A stretch of DNA of 64,000 bases from Methanobacteriota archaeon (GTDB lineage Archaea > Thermoplasmatota > Poseidoniia > Poseidoniales > Thalassarchaeaceae): NCBI GenBank assembly GCA_011523055.1, contig WTHQ01000020.1:80114-144113 (forward strand), given 5' to 3'. Position numbers and translations under genes: made by a program. This document shows positions 18,535-27,374 of this stretch, one piece after another. Numbering within the stretch: the first letter of the stretch is position 1; the number at the start of each line of letters is the position of its first letter. Under the pieces are notes generated by a model. The model worked only from the letters and a program-made list of their open reading frames with translations. It did no database searches and was not told the origin of the DNA.

Positions 18535-19461
18535 ATGTCAGACGAAACCAATACAGACACCTCACACCTGTATGAGGGCAAAAGCGTAAGATCCTCCGCG
18601 CCAAGCAGGAAAAAGGCAGCAGGTCGAGTTACACAGTCAACCTCCATACCGAAGGATGCCATTCCCGAAACGAAGATTCCGACATGGGTAGAGTCATTTT
18701 TCGGAGGCCCCCTGGTCCCCTCGGTCAAGTTCCTGAGTCCGAACAAAACAGTGGTCAGGCTACAAATGGCATCTGTCACCACATTGGTTATGCTTGGATT
18801 AGTAACATTCGTGATTACCCCCTCCTCCGGAACCGTCTGGTTCTGGCTCTCGAACGTTGTCGGAGTGCCTTTCTTCAGCGGGCTTATTCACTACCTCCTA
18901 TTGATCGGGGGGGTTGTCTTGGGAGCCTACGGCATCCTTCAAAGAGACCAGCGGATGATTCTGATATCACAGGTAGCAATGATTCTGATCACCATTCGAT
19001 TCGCAGGAAGCAAGGTAGAATTCGCTATGGCAGCATTGGATATTGACAATGAATTTATCCAGAAGTTATTGCTAATCTTCTACGCATTATTCCTGGTGAT
19101 GTACATTGAGCTTTCTTCAGGAGTTATTCGTTTTTCGATGCTTGACACATCAATCAGAACCCGTGAGGTCTACGTAATGGGGCAGGATAAAATTATCCAG
19201 AAATACAACAGGTCCTTGGGGACAACTCCGTTGATAGCAGGTTTCGTAGCACTGATCACCCTTCTCATAAATGTCATCATTCCTGCAATTATCGGAATTT
19301 TTGACGAGGTATCCTCAAACAGGCTGAGCGAAAGCGTCGAGTTGACGAGCGTGTATGGAGTCGCGCTAGGTACCGCGATGGTGTTCGGCCTGATTGCAAT
19401 ATCTTTCAGCGTGAACCTTCCAGCGAGAATACAGAAGTTCCAAGAAGGACGTTCGAGATAA
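18535..19461 (+). CDS. Polytopic membrane protein (last gene of the MoxR module)
   Basis: ATG start 5 bp after the DUF58 gene stop. Multiple hydrophobic helices; 308 aa. Confidence 0.55.
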   Translation: MSDETNTDTSHLYEGKSVRSSAPSRKKAAGRVTQSTSIPKDAIPETKIPTWVESFFGGPLVPSVKFLSPNKTVVRLQMASVTTLVMLGLVTFVITPSSGTVWFWLSNVVGVPFFSGLIHYLLLIGGVVLGAYGILQRDQRMILISQVAMILITIRFAGSKVEFAMAALDIDNEFIQKLLLIFYALFLVMYIELSSGVIRFSMLDTSIRTREVYVMGQDKIIQKYNRSLGTTPLIAGFVALITLLINVIIPAIIGIFDEVSSNRLSESVELTSVYGVALGTAMVFGLIAISFSVNLPARIQKFQEGRSR

Positions 19462-19480
19462 CCAGACTACTCATTTGAGC

Positions 19481-20572
19481 CTAATGCTCTTTTGCCATCT
19501 CAAGAAGATCCGCGATGACGAGGACTGCCGATGCTTCGACCACAGGAACCGCCCTAGGTCCGATGACTGGGTCATGCCTGCCCTTGATGTTGAGGGGGGC
19601 CTTCTCCCCACTTGGAAGGTGAAGTGTGCTCTGGGTCTTGGAGATGCTGCTTGGTGGTTTGAAATGAACAACAATGCGCAGGGGGGCCCCAGTCGACCTT
19701 CCGCCCAAGGCGCCATCGGGCATGTTACCTGACTCCGATTCTTGGGAAATCATCCCTTCATGGATGGCCCACGCGTCGTTGTGCTCAGATCCCTTCATGG
19801 TGGAGGATCGGAAACCTTTGCTGAACTCAACTGCCCTAGCACCGGGTATTGCCATCATGACCCTGGCTAATGCAGGTTCGATCCCATCAAACCATGGCTC
19901 TCCGATGCCCATTGGAAGACCCTCAATTAGACATTCCACAGCAGAGCCAATGGAGTCACCGGCTTTCCTGCTCGCTTCCACGTCAATCGAGAAAATTTTT
20001 GACATTTCAGGATCGCAACAATTCAACCTCTGCATCTCACTATTCTCAATGTCTGAGTCTGGTTCCAGATTTACGAGGGAGTTTGCAACCCTTTCTCCTA
20101 CGGCGTACAGTCCGGCCCTCACGGAGATATTCTCTGCGGACAGCAGTTGTCTCACCTGACTCGCTGCTGCCACCAATCCGAGAGTCAATCTAGCGGATTG
20201 TGAGCCTCCGCCCCTGAGATCCGTGAAACCCCCGGATCTTTCAATTTCCACCATGTCAGCGTGTCCTGGTCTCGGGTGGTCTGGTAGAAATCCATAATCT
20301 TTAGACCTGGCATCATTATTTCTCGCGAGGAGTAGGATTGGCCACCCCGTGGCCACACCATCGTGCACGCCAGACATGATCTCACATTCGTCAGATTCCA
20401 GTCGCCTACTCATTCCTTTTCTGCCAGGCTTCCGCCTCTCTATCTCTTCGATTAGCGTGTCATAGTCTATTGGGGTCCCAGGGGGGATGCCCTGAAGGAG
20501 TGCACCTACGCAGGCCCCATGACTCTCCCCGAAAAGGGTAATTCGGATTTTGTTGCCGAGTGTCATCCCCAT
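19481..20572 (-). CDS. aroC: Chorismate synthase
   Basis: N-terminus MGMTLGNKIRITLFGESHGACVGALLQGIPPG and GGGSQSARLT motifs are typical AroC. Confidence 0.85.
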   Translation of the reverse strand: MGMTLGNKIRITLFGESHGACVGALLQGIPPGTPIDYDTLIEEIERRKPGRKGMSRRLESDECEIMSGVHDGVATGWPILLLARNNDARSKDYGFLPDHPRPGHADMVEIERSGGFTDLRGGGSQSARLTLGLVAAASQVRQLLSAENISVRAGLYAVGERVANSLVNLEPDSDIENSEMQRLNCCDPEMSKIFSIDVEASRKAGDSIGSAVECLIEGLPMGIGEPWFDGIEPALARVMMAIPGARAVEFSKGFRSSTMKGSEHNDAWAIHEGMISQESESGNMPDGALGGRSTGAPLRIVVHFKPPSSISKTQSTLHLPSGEKAPLNIKGRHDPVIGPRAVPVVEASAVLVIADLLEMAKEH

Positions 20573-20574
20573 TG

Positions 20575-21417
20575 CTAACCAACCTCAGGAGGTTGTTGAA
20601 GGACCTTTGTAGTGATAACTCTGCCAAAAGATTGGCAGAAATCCGATACCAAATCAATCTGATCATCCTCATGTAGAATCGCGATACTTGGTCCGGAACC
20701 GGTGATCGTGGATGCCAAACCGACAGAATCGAGTGACTTCAGCAAGTCTTTGCCCTCGTAATCACGAGTTGCCTCTGCGACTGCCAGACCATTGAGTTTG
20801 AAGGCCTCGATTACGTCGCCTTTCATCAGCGTATTTTTCGCGACTTGAAATTGCTCGCTATGTTCTTCAAAGTCGGACTTCGTGGGTGGTGAACCCCTCA
20901 CTCCCCTATCTAGAATCGTGCAATTCAATTTGCGCAACCGGAAAAAACCCACAGGTGATGATGGTTTGCCAGAGTCAGTCCTCACGATCGCAGAATTGTA
21001 CCCTAGTGCAGCCCAATTGTCATCATAGGAACCTGTCATGGAACAACCGCTCCGGATTTGCATGTCTGCAGCAACTTCGACGATCTGTCTTGGGTCTAGA
21101 GAGAGGTTTGAATCACGTGTTACACATTTTATCGAGCTCACCGCTACTGCTGAAGATGACTTTAGGCCCATCGACGAGGGGACGTCACTAGTGATTGATA
21201 CCGAGATATCTTGATCGATTTTATGTCCTGTAAGTGAATATATTGATGAATGGATTCTGGTCAATAGGCCATCATCCTCTGGATTATGCTCATTTTCCTC
21301 CCTTTGTATTTCGGCAGTGCAAGAGAGCTCAACAGGCGTTGAGCAACCCCAGCCACACCCTGCTGCATGAAGGATGCTCACTCCGCCATATGCGACATCT
21401 GGGTTCTTCTGAGTCAT
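20575..21417 (-). CDS. aroK: Archaeal GHMP-family shikimate kinase
   Basis: GHMP motif region GLKSSSAVAVSSI, 280 aa. Sits between DHQ synthase II and aroC; 3-4 bp gene overlaps or spacers. Confidence 0.7.
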   Translation of the reverse strand: MTQKNPDVAYGGVSILHAAGCGWGCSTPVELSCTAEIQREENEHNPEDDGLLTRIHSSIYSLTGHKIDQDISVSITSDVPSSMGLKSSSAVAVSSIKCVTRDSNLSLDPRQIVEVAADMQIRSGCSMTGSYDDNWAALGYNSAIVRTDSGKPSSPVGFFRLRKLNCTILDRGVRGSPPTKSDFEEHSEQFQVAKNTLMKGDVIEAFKLNGLAVAEATRDYEGKDLLKSLDSVGLASTITGSGPSIAILHEDDQIDLVSDFCQSFGRVITTKVLQQPPEVG

Positions 21418-22367
21418 CTCTCATCCATCACTCCATCCAAACTTCTTCCGACATGCCGCATGCCTGAGGAAACTCTGGTCAGCACTCTGTCTCCAAGTTC
21501 GATGTCAGTCACGCTTATGAGCCCACCATCTCCAAGTAATCTGATTGTTTCCGCCTGTTGAAGTGCAGCCTGTCCGGATACACTGCCGTGGCCGTACTTC
21601 AATAGCAAAAATGGCCTTCTTTCAATCTTGACTCTTCCTACCGTAGAGCTTCGAATCCTACCTTCCTCGTTGATCACTGCAACCTTGTCCCCAGAGGTCA
21701 ATTCACTGAGGTATTTCGTGTTCTTGTCAGCCATGAGACAATATGAGTGCACAGCTCCTGCATTCACCCTAAATGGACGTGTTGGGACGTATTCGGACGG
21801 AACGGTCTCACCATGTACCAATATCATGGCGTTCGCCGTGGAACCCACTAGAACGCCCTCTCCCAACTCTAGCCTTTCAATGAGGTCCACGCAGACTCTA
21901 TCTCCGATTCCAATGGCCTCCAAGCCTGTGACCTCAGAATACTCCAAGATCGGATGCTCGTGAGTCCTATCTTGTTCTTTTTCTTCTGTTTGAGGTGAGA
22001 TTGAGACAGAATAGTTTAGCAAGTTAACGTCAGGGGGGATCATCACCGCGTCTACGCCATGTTCCAGAGAAAATCTCGCTCCTGATATGTCATCTTCAGA
22101 CATGGTTGCCACGGCAATCTTTGTTCCACTGCCTCTTGAAGCCGAAATTATGTTTTCCAATGGAATCATCTTCCAATCTGAACACCGTAGTAGAATCCAA
22201 TCAACCAATCCGACCAATGAAAGGGCCTCTTCCTGGCCCCTGAAACCGTCTATTTTCACTTCAATTACTTCTTTGGACTCCCCGCGCCATATCCTCTGAA
22301 CATTTTCAACCAAAGCTGGTTCAATACTTAGATCATCGCTAGACGTCATGTCAAGCCATATCTCCAT
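21414..22367 (-). CDS. 3-dehydroquinate synthase II (archaeal AroB')
   Basis: 317-aa protein in the archaeal shikimate operon immediately downstream of the ADH synthase. Size and context fit DHQ synthase II. Confidence 0.7.
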   Translation of the reverse strand: MEIWLDMTSSDDLSIEPALVENVQRIWRGESKEVIEVKIDGFRGQEEALSLVGLVDWILLRCSDWKMIPLENIISASRGSGTKIAVATMSEDDISGARFSLEHGVDAVMIPPDVNLLNYSVSISPQTEEKEQDRTHEHPILEYSEVTGLEAIGIGDRVCVDLIERLELGEGVLVGSTANAMILVHGETVPSEYVPTRPFRVNAGAVHSYCLMADKNTKYLSELTSGDKVAVINEEGRIRSSTVGRVKIERRPFLLLKYGHGSVSGQAALQQAETIRLLGDGGLISVTDIELGDRVLTRVSSGMRHVGRSLDGVMDER

Positions 22368-22373
22368 GGGCTA

Positions 22374-23165
22374 TCACCCCATCAATTCAATGGCTTCAGC
22401 CGAGGTCTTGCCCTCGTGAATTATTGCTCTTAGTGCCCTTATTCTTTGGATTCGATCGGGAGCAGAAAAAATCTGTCTGCCCATGCAGACCCCAGCCCCA
22501 CCAGCAGAAATTGCTGACTCTACAATGTCCAGTGTCTCGACGAATGGACCATTAGGCTTACCGCCTGCGATGAGAACAGGTATCGGGACAGAAGAGCAGA
22601 CATCATGGAAAGATTCCGCACTTCCAGTCCATGGGACTTTTGCTACCTGGCATCCAAGCTCCCATGCCAATCTAGCCGCATGAGCGACCCCTTTAGTCGC
22701 ATCTCCCTCTATATTCACAAGATTCTGGCCACGAGGATAAATCATACCGAGCACGGGCATTTCTGAAGGCAATGCCGACGTAGTTAGATGGCCTGCGTCC
22801 TTTACCATCTCAGCCTCTCCCTCAGAACCCAGATTGACCTGGCATGAGATCCCGATTGCCCCTCTCCTTACGGCCTCTTCAACAGTCCCAACTGGAACTT
22901 TTTTGTCTACATTTGCACCAGCATGAACAGTGGACGCGGAAACATGCATTATGAAATTCGGCCATGAAAGTCGTTTGGCTTGATGGCTCAGGACCCCCTT
23001 TTGCAGGACGATGGCGTCTACACCTGCCTCGATGCAATCGTCTATTGCCCCGTCAATTCTCTCAATGCCCTTCACTGGAAATGATGTGAGTCCATGATCC
23101 ATCGGCACCCAGACACCCTTGCCACCGGGAAGCAGCGATTCCAAGGCGCTCTTGAAGGGATCCAT
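22374..23165 (-). CDS. 2-amino-3,7-dideoxy-D-threo-hept-6-ulosonate synthase / class I aldolase DhnA family (archaeal AroA')
   Basis: DhnA-type class I aldolase fold (VPMDHGLT...AGVDAIVLQKG...KVPWTG). First gene of the aro operon. Confidence 0.7.
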   Translation of the reverse strand: MDPFKSALESLLPGGKGVWVPMDHGLTSFPVKGIERIDGAIDDCIEAGVDAIVLQKGVLSHQAKRLSWPNFIMHVSASTVHAGANVDKKVPVGTVEEAVRRGAIGISCQVNLGSEGEAEMVKDAGHLTTSALPSEMPVLGMIYPRGQNLVNIEGDATKGVAHAARLAWELGCQVAKVPWTGSAESFHDVCSSVPIPVLIAGGKPNGPFVETLDIVESAISAGGAGVCMGRQIFSAPDRIQRIRALRAIIHEGKTSAEAIELMG

Positions 23166-23194
23166 GGTTCTACGTGGTAGTGATTGCGTTTGAA

Positions 23195-23986
23195 TTAGTG
23201 CCCATCCTCAGAGAAATCAGCCATCACCGGAGCGTGGTCTGAAATGCTCAATCCTCCTTCCCTTACAACCTCGGCAGAGACAAATTGTTTGGACGCAGCT
23301 TGGTTGGCAAGGATGTAATCTATCCTCCAACCCCTATCTAACTCCCTGGCTCGACCACGGTTTGACCACCATGAGTATGGGCCCTTTCGCTCACCGTAAT
23401 GTGATCTGACGAGATCCTTCCAACCAGATTTGAGCAATCTGTCAAACCATTCGCGCTCGTGATCGAGAAAGCCCGAAGTGCCACGATTCCCAGTTGGGTT
23501 CCAGATATCGTTCTCATTGTGGGCGATGTTGAGGTCTCCACACAGCACGACTGGATTGGAATCCCTCAGGAAGTCTTGGCTCCACACCAACATGTCTTCT
23601 AGCCACCTGTCCTTGTAGTGTTGTCTCTGTGGGCTTGAGGACCCATTGGGCAGGTACATGTTTATGCATGTGAAATTTCCATGGCGTGTGACGAGCACCC
23701 TTCCCTCTGGATCGGGAGTCTCATCTAGGTCAGTGGCTATTCCCCTCCCGATCTCAATGATCTCATTTTTCGAACAAGTCATTACCCCCGAATACCCTTT
23801 TTTGATAGCTGGATGCCAAATGACTCTGTAGCCTGGCGGCTGTTTCCATTCACTAGGCATCTGCTCGGGAAGCGCCCTGACTTCTTGGAAAAGAAGCACA
23901 TCCGCATCCAATTTCCTGATAAAGGGGTCCAATCCCTTCTTGTATGCTGCCCTAATGCCATTTAGATTCCAAGATACTACCCTCAC
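23195..23986 (-). CDS. xth: Exodeoxyribonuclease III / AP endonuclease (Xth family)
   Basis: MRVVSWNLNGIRAAYKKGLDPFIRKLDADVLLFQEVRA together with the C-terminal SDHAPV motif. Confidence 0.8.
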   Translation of the reverse strand: MRVVSWNLNGIRAAYKKGLDPFIRKLDADVLLFQEVRALPEQMPSEWKQPPGYRVIWHPAIKKGYSGVMTCSKNEIIEIGRGIATDLDETPDPEGRVLVTRHGNFTCINMYLPNGSSSPQRQHYKDRWLEDMLVWSQDFLRDSNPVVLCGDLNIAHNENDIWNPTGNRGTSGFLDHEREWFDRLLKSGWKDLVRSHYGERKGPYSWWSNRGRARELDRGWRIDYILANQAASKQFVSAEVVREGGLSISDHAPVMADFSEDGH

Positions 23987-23995
23987 ACCAACGCC

Positions 23996-26443
23996 TCATT
24001 GAGTTAGGTTCTTCACTTTATCAACCAGATCCATCCGACGTAAGCGCCAGATCCCGATCGGAGTCATGCCAATAGCAATCACCACTACACCGGCCATAAG
24101 CTGGTAGGCAACGCTAGGCACGATTAGGATAGTCACGTAGAACTGCCATGAGGAGAATGACGCTGCCAGGCCCACTGCGCCACCGTAGGCAAATGCCACT
24201 CCTACTATTCCGCCGACGAAGCCGATTAGCAGGCTTTCGAACAGAAGCATGATACCGAGGCTTGCTGTTGATCCTCCGAGCACTCTCAGGGTAGCGAGTT
24301 CGAAATCTCGCTCTGCGACATTCATGATCATCGTGTTGAACATAACGGCTATGGTGAAAATTAGTCCCAAATACATCATGGCAGTAAAAATCTGAGTCTG
24401 TTGGTCAATGAGGCTGTTCATACCGTCAATGAGGGTCTTTCGCTCGACCACCCCAATTGAAATCTCCGCTAAGGTCGGGTCTACCTCGATTCCATCAGGA
24501 AGTTGGAGGTAGACAGAGGTAGCATTGATCCCCATCACACCAGCCAAATCCGCCCTCATGAAGTACATCGTTCGAGCTAATTCCCCCCTTGTCACACCTA
24601 CGATGACAACCTCTTGTTCAGCACCGTTCAACATGATTGAATGGCTTTCCCCTAGGCTCCATCCCAAAAGGGCCATCGAACCCTCATCCAGCATCACTTC
24701 TAATGTGCCGTCGCTTAAATCTGGCCTATCACCCTGGACAATGTTCACTCCTCGTAGTCCGCCATCGTAGCTCTCCAAGCCAACCACGGTGAATACACGT
24801 TCAATTCCCTCGTGGTCTTCCACACTCCCCAGAGGCAATTCGATGAGCTGTTCGTAAGGTGCGCCACGTTCTTCGGCCCATGCAATGACTTTGGCCTCTC
24901 CATCTTTGCCGATGTAGACTTGAGCATCCCATGATTGCCGCTCTTCAATCCCACCCACGATTGTGTTCTCCAGGCCAGCCGACATCATCTGTACTGACCC
25001 GAAAAGCATCAGGGAAATGCCAACTGCAAGAAATGTCATCATCAAACGAACTGGCTTGCGAACGCTTGAACGGATGGATAGGCCGAGTGTCGTTGGCATC
25101 CAAGAGGTAAGGCGACGAAGGGTGTTGGATCCAACTCGAATTTGGTTTTGGCCGCCGAGCACGCTGAGGGGGTCCAAACGGCTAGCCTTCCAAGCCGGGA
25201 AGGTTCCCGATAGGAACACCACAATCATGGTTGGAATAATTATTCTCGCGATCAGTGAGAAGGGGATCTCACGCTCGATGATCGGAAGGCCGACAATACC
25301 CTCGTAGAAGTCCAACATGCCATTTACACCCCATGGTCCAATAATGGCCCCTAGTCCACAGCCGACCGTACCAATGGCCAAGGGAGCGATTAGGTACCCA
25401 GTCATCAACGACCTCCTGCTTACCCCAAGGGTCCTCAGGGCGGCTATCTCTTTCTCTTGACTCTGTACCAACCGCTGAAGACTGAGCACAATGGTGATTG
25501 AGGCTATGGCAGCAATCATCAATGCAAATGGTATGCTCGTTCGCTTGGCGCCCTCAAGATCTTGTCGCATTATTTCGACGGGCTCGTTCTGACCCCTATC
25601 TCTTACCCGCCCCTCTAATTCAGTTGACTCAAGGGCGGATGAAACAAGATCCTTGACAACATCAATTTCACCGCCCTCGTATATCTTAGTGTCAGGGAAA
25701 TCGAATGATGGTGTGCCAGTTACGTCCAATAGTATCGTGTTACCTGAGCCCAAAGAGGTATTTGTCAGACGGGCCATCCCGGAGTCAGAAAGGTACCCCA
25801 CTACGTACTGTCCTGGCTCTGGTGGGAAGAGTGAGCCCTCGGGCGCCATGAAGACATGAAGGGGATGGTATCCTATGCCCACTACCTCAAACTCCGCGGA
25901 GTCGCTGCCAGCACCGATTTCTACTATATCGCCAAGTGAGATGTTTAGCGCCTCGACAACATGTGCGTCGATTACGATTTCATCGTCTCCTGAGGCTACC
26001 CTCCCTTCACTGTGCCCCTTGGGCATCCATATCCTGTCAGCATTGGCATCATCAGGTATTCCATGCCACAAGGAATTGATTATCCGTGTACGTCCCCCCT
26101 CATGATGGAACATTGTTCCCTGCATGATTTTTCGTCCCTCGCAGGAGTCTATTCCTGGCAAATCTACGGGCCATGATGATTCCAGATTATCGCAGAAGTT
26201 GTTAATTTCGTCTTGAGTCCATGAATTACTACGGTTGTCTATCCAAAGGTCAGCTAAGTTTGATCCTTCATCATCGTCTGCTTGTAGCGCCTCGTACATG
26301 CCGTCTAAATTGTGAGAATAACCACTGAATGTGATTCCTGCGAATATGCCAACTGAGACCATCATCACTACTGCCAACAATCGAAGCTTCGTTCGCCACA
26401 GGCTGCGAGCCAAACGCTTGTTCAGGAGAATTGACATCATCAC
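23996..26443 (-). CDS. ABC transporter permease with duplicated FtsX domains and large extracytoplasmic loops (MacB/YbbP-like)
   Basis: 815 aa. Two FtsX-type 4-TM bundles (LRTLGVSRRSLMTGYLIAPLAIG.. and LRVLGGSTASLGIMLLFESLLIG..). Adjacent to the cognate ATPase. Confidence 0.75.
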   Translation of the reverse strand: MMMSILLNKRLARSLWRTKLRLLAVVMMVSVGIFAGITFSGYSHNLDGMYEALQADDDEGSNLADLWIDNRSNSWTQDEINNFCDNLESSWPVDLPGIDSCEGRKIMQGTMFHHEGGRTRIINSLWHGIPDDANADRIWMPKGHSEGRVASGDDEIVIDAHVVEALNISLGDIVEIGAGSDSAEFEVVGIGYHPLHVFMAPEGSLFPPEPGQYVVGYLSDSGMARLTNTSLGSGNTILLDVTGTPSFDFPDTKIYEGGEIDVVKDLVSSALESTELEGRVRDRGQNEPVEIMRQDLEGAKRTSIPFALMIAAIASITIVLSLQRLVQSQEKEIAALRTLGVSRRSLMTGYLIAPLAIGTVGCGLGAIIGPWGVNGMLDFYEGIVGLPIIEREIPFSLIARIIIPTMIVVFLSGTFPAWKASRLDPLSVLGGQNQIRVGSNTLRRLTSWMPTTLGLSIRSSVRKPVRLMMTFLAVGISLMLFGSVQMMSAGLENTIVGGIEERQSWDAQVYIGKDGEAKVIAWAEERGAPYEQLIELPLGSVEDHEGIERVFTVVGLESYDGGLRGVNIVQGDRPDLSDGTLEVMLDEGSMALLGWSLGESHSIMLNGAEQEVVIVGVTRGELARTMYFMRADLAGVMGINATSVYLQLPDGIEVDPTLAEISIGVVERKTLIDGMNSLIDQQTQIFTAMMYLGLIFTIAVMFNTMIMNVAERDFELATLRVLGGSTASLGIMLLFESLLIGFVGGIVGVAFAYGGAVGLAASFSSWQFYVTILIVPSVAYQLMAGVVVIAIGMTPIGIWRLRRMDLVDKVKNLTQ

Positions 26444-26446
26444 TCC

Positions 26447-27148
26447 TCATTGTTCAATACTTTCGGGAATTTTTTCATCGGAAACTATCTTCCCGCTGTC
26501 TATTCGGATTACACGGCTTGCAAATCGTGTCAGGCCCTCGTCATGGGTGACGAAAACGGAAGTGATGTTCTCTTGCCTGCAGGCCTTCACCAGTGCTTCC
26601 ATGACCTTGTTCGAAGTCTCAGTGTCCAAGTTGCCGGTTAACTCATCCCCCAACAACAACTTGGGTCGCTTAGCGATGCTGCGGGCAATAGCCACACGTT
26701 GCTGTTGGCCCCCGCTTATCTCTCCCGGAAATCGATTTACCTCTAACTCCAATCCCACAAGTTCCAGGAGTTCTTTCGCACGAGAAGCGTTCTTTTTCCC
26801 GGAAAGCTCTTGGATAAGGAGTATGTTTTCAAGCACCGTTAAATCTTGGAGCAGATTGAAAAATTGGAATACATAACCTATGTTTTCCCTTCGAAATGAG
26901 GTCATTTTCTCAGAATGGTTCCGTGGGACTTCGCTCCCGAGGAAGCTGTATGACCCTCCTGATGGGCTATCTAGAGCAGACAAACAATTGAGCAAGGTTG
27001 TTTTTCCAGAGCCGGATGGGCCTAGTAGTACGACTCGCTCACCCTCCTCGATTTCGAAACTGACGCCATCCAACGCCCTCACAACGCCTGCGGGAGTCTC
27101 ATAGTGTCGCGTGATATTTTCCATTCTCAATAGGGGCATAGACATCAC
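26447..27148 (-). CDS. ABC transporter ATP-binding protein (MacB/LolD-type)
   Basis: Walker A GPSGSGKTT, signature LSGGQQQRVAIARS, Walker B LLLGDELTGNLD. Confidence 0.85.
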   Translation of the reverse strand: MMSMPLLRMENITRHYETPAGVVRALDGVSFEIEEGERVVLLGPSGSGKTTLLNCLSALDSPSGGSYSFLGSEVPRNHSEKMTSFRRENIGYVFQFFNLLQDLTVLENILLIQELSGKKNASRAKELLELVGLELEVNRFPGEISGGQQQRVAIARSIAKRPKLLLGDELTGNLDTETSNKVMEALVKACRQENITSVFVTHDEGLTRFASRVIRIDSGKIVSDEKIPESIEQ

Positions 27149-27374
27149 AATTTATTTTTTGAACGTCCATGGGGGTGGTATAAACGGTGCGCAACATTGG
27201 GGATTAGCGATATGTAGTCATGCTCTGAGGTTTTTGTGATCAAACGATGGCTGCAAAAACGTATTTGATGCTCACCCCGTAGATACTCTGAGTTTCCTAG
27301 TCCATCTGCATGAGCCAGTGGGAGGGTTTGGGCTGCCTGCTTCACACTGTCATGATTTGATCGCTCGTAAATGG

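Noticed and set aside
22374-23165. Calling the DhnA-family gene a glycolytic fructose-bisphosphate aldolase
   Set aside because: It is the first gene of an operon with DHQ synthase II, shikimate kinase and chorismate synthase, which favours the ADH synthase (AroA') paralog. Residual uncertainty is acknowledged.
27149-27374. 225-bp spacer upstream of the ABC exporter operon containing a 77-aa ORF (27145..27378, minus) as a possible ncRNA or small protein
   Set aside because: I could trace no convincing secondary-structure motif or protein signature by eye. The ORF has no obvious start context and overlaps the neighbouring gene start. It is left unannotated.
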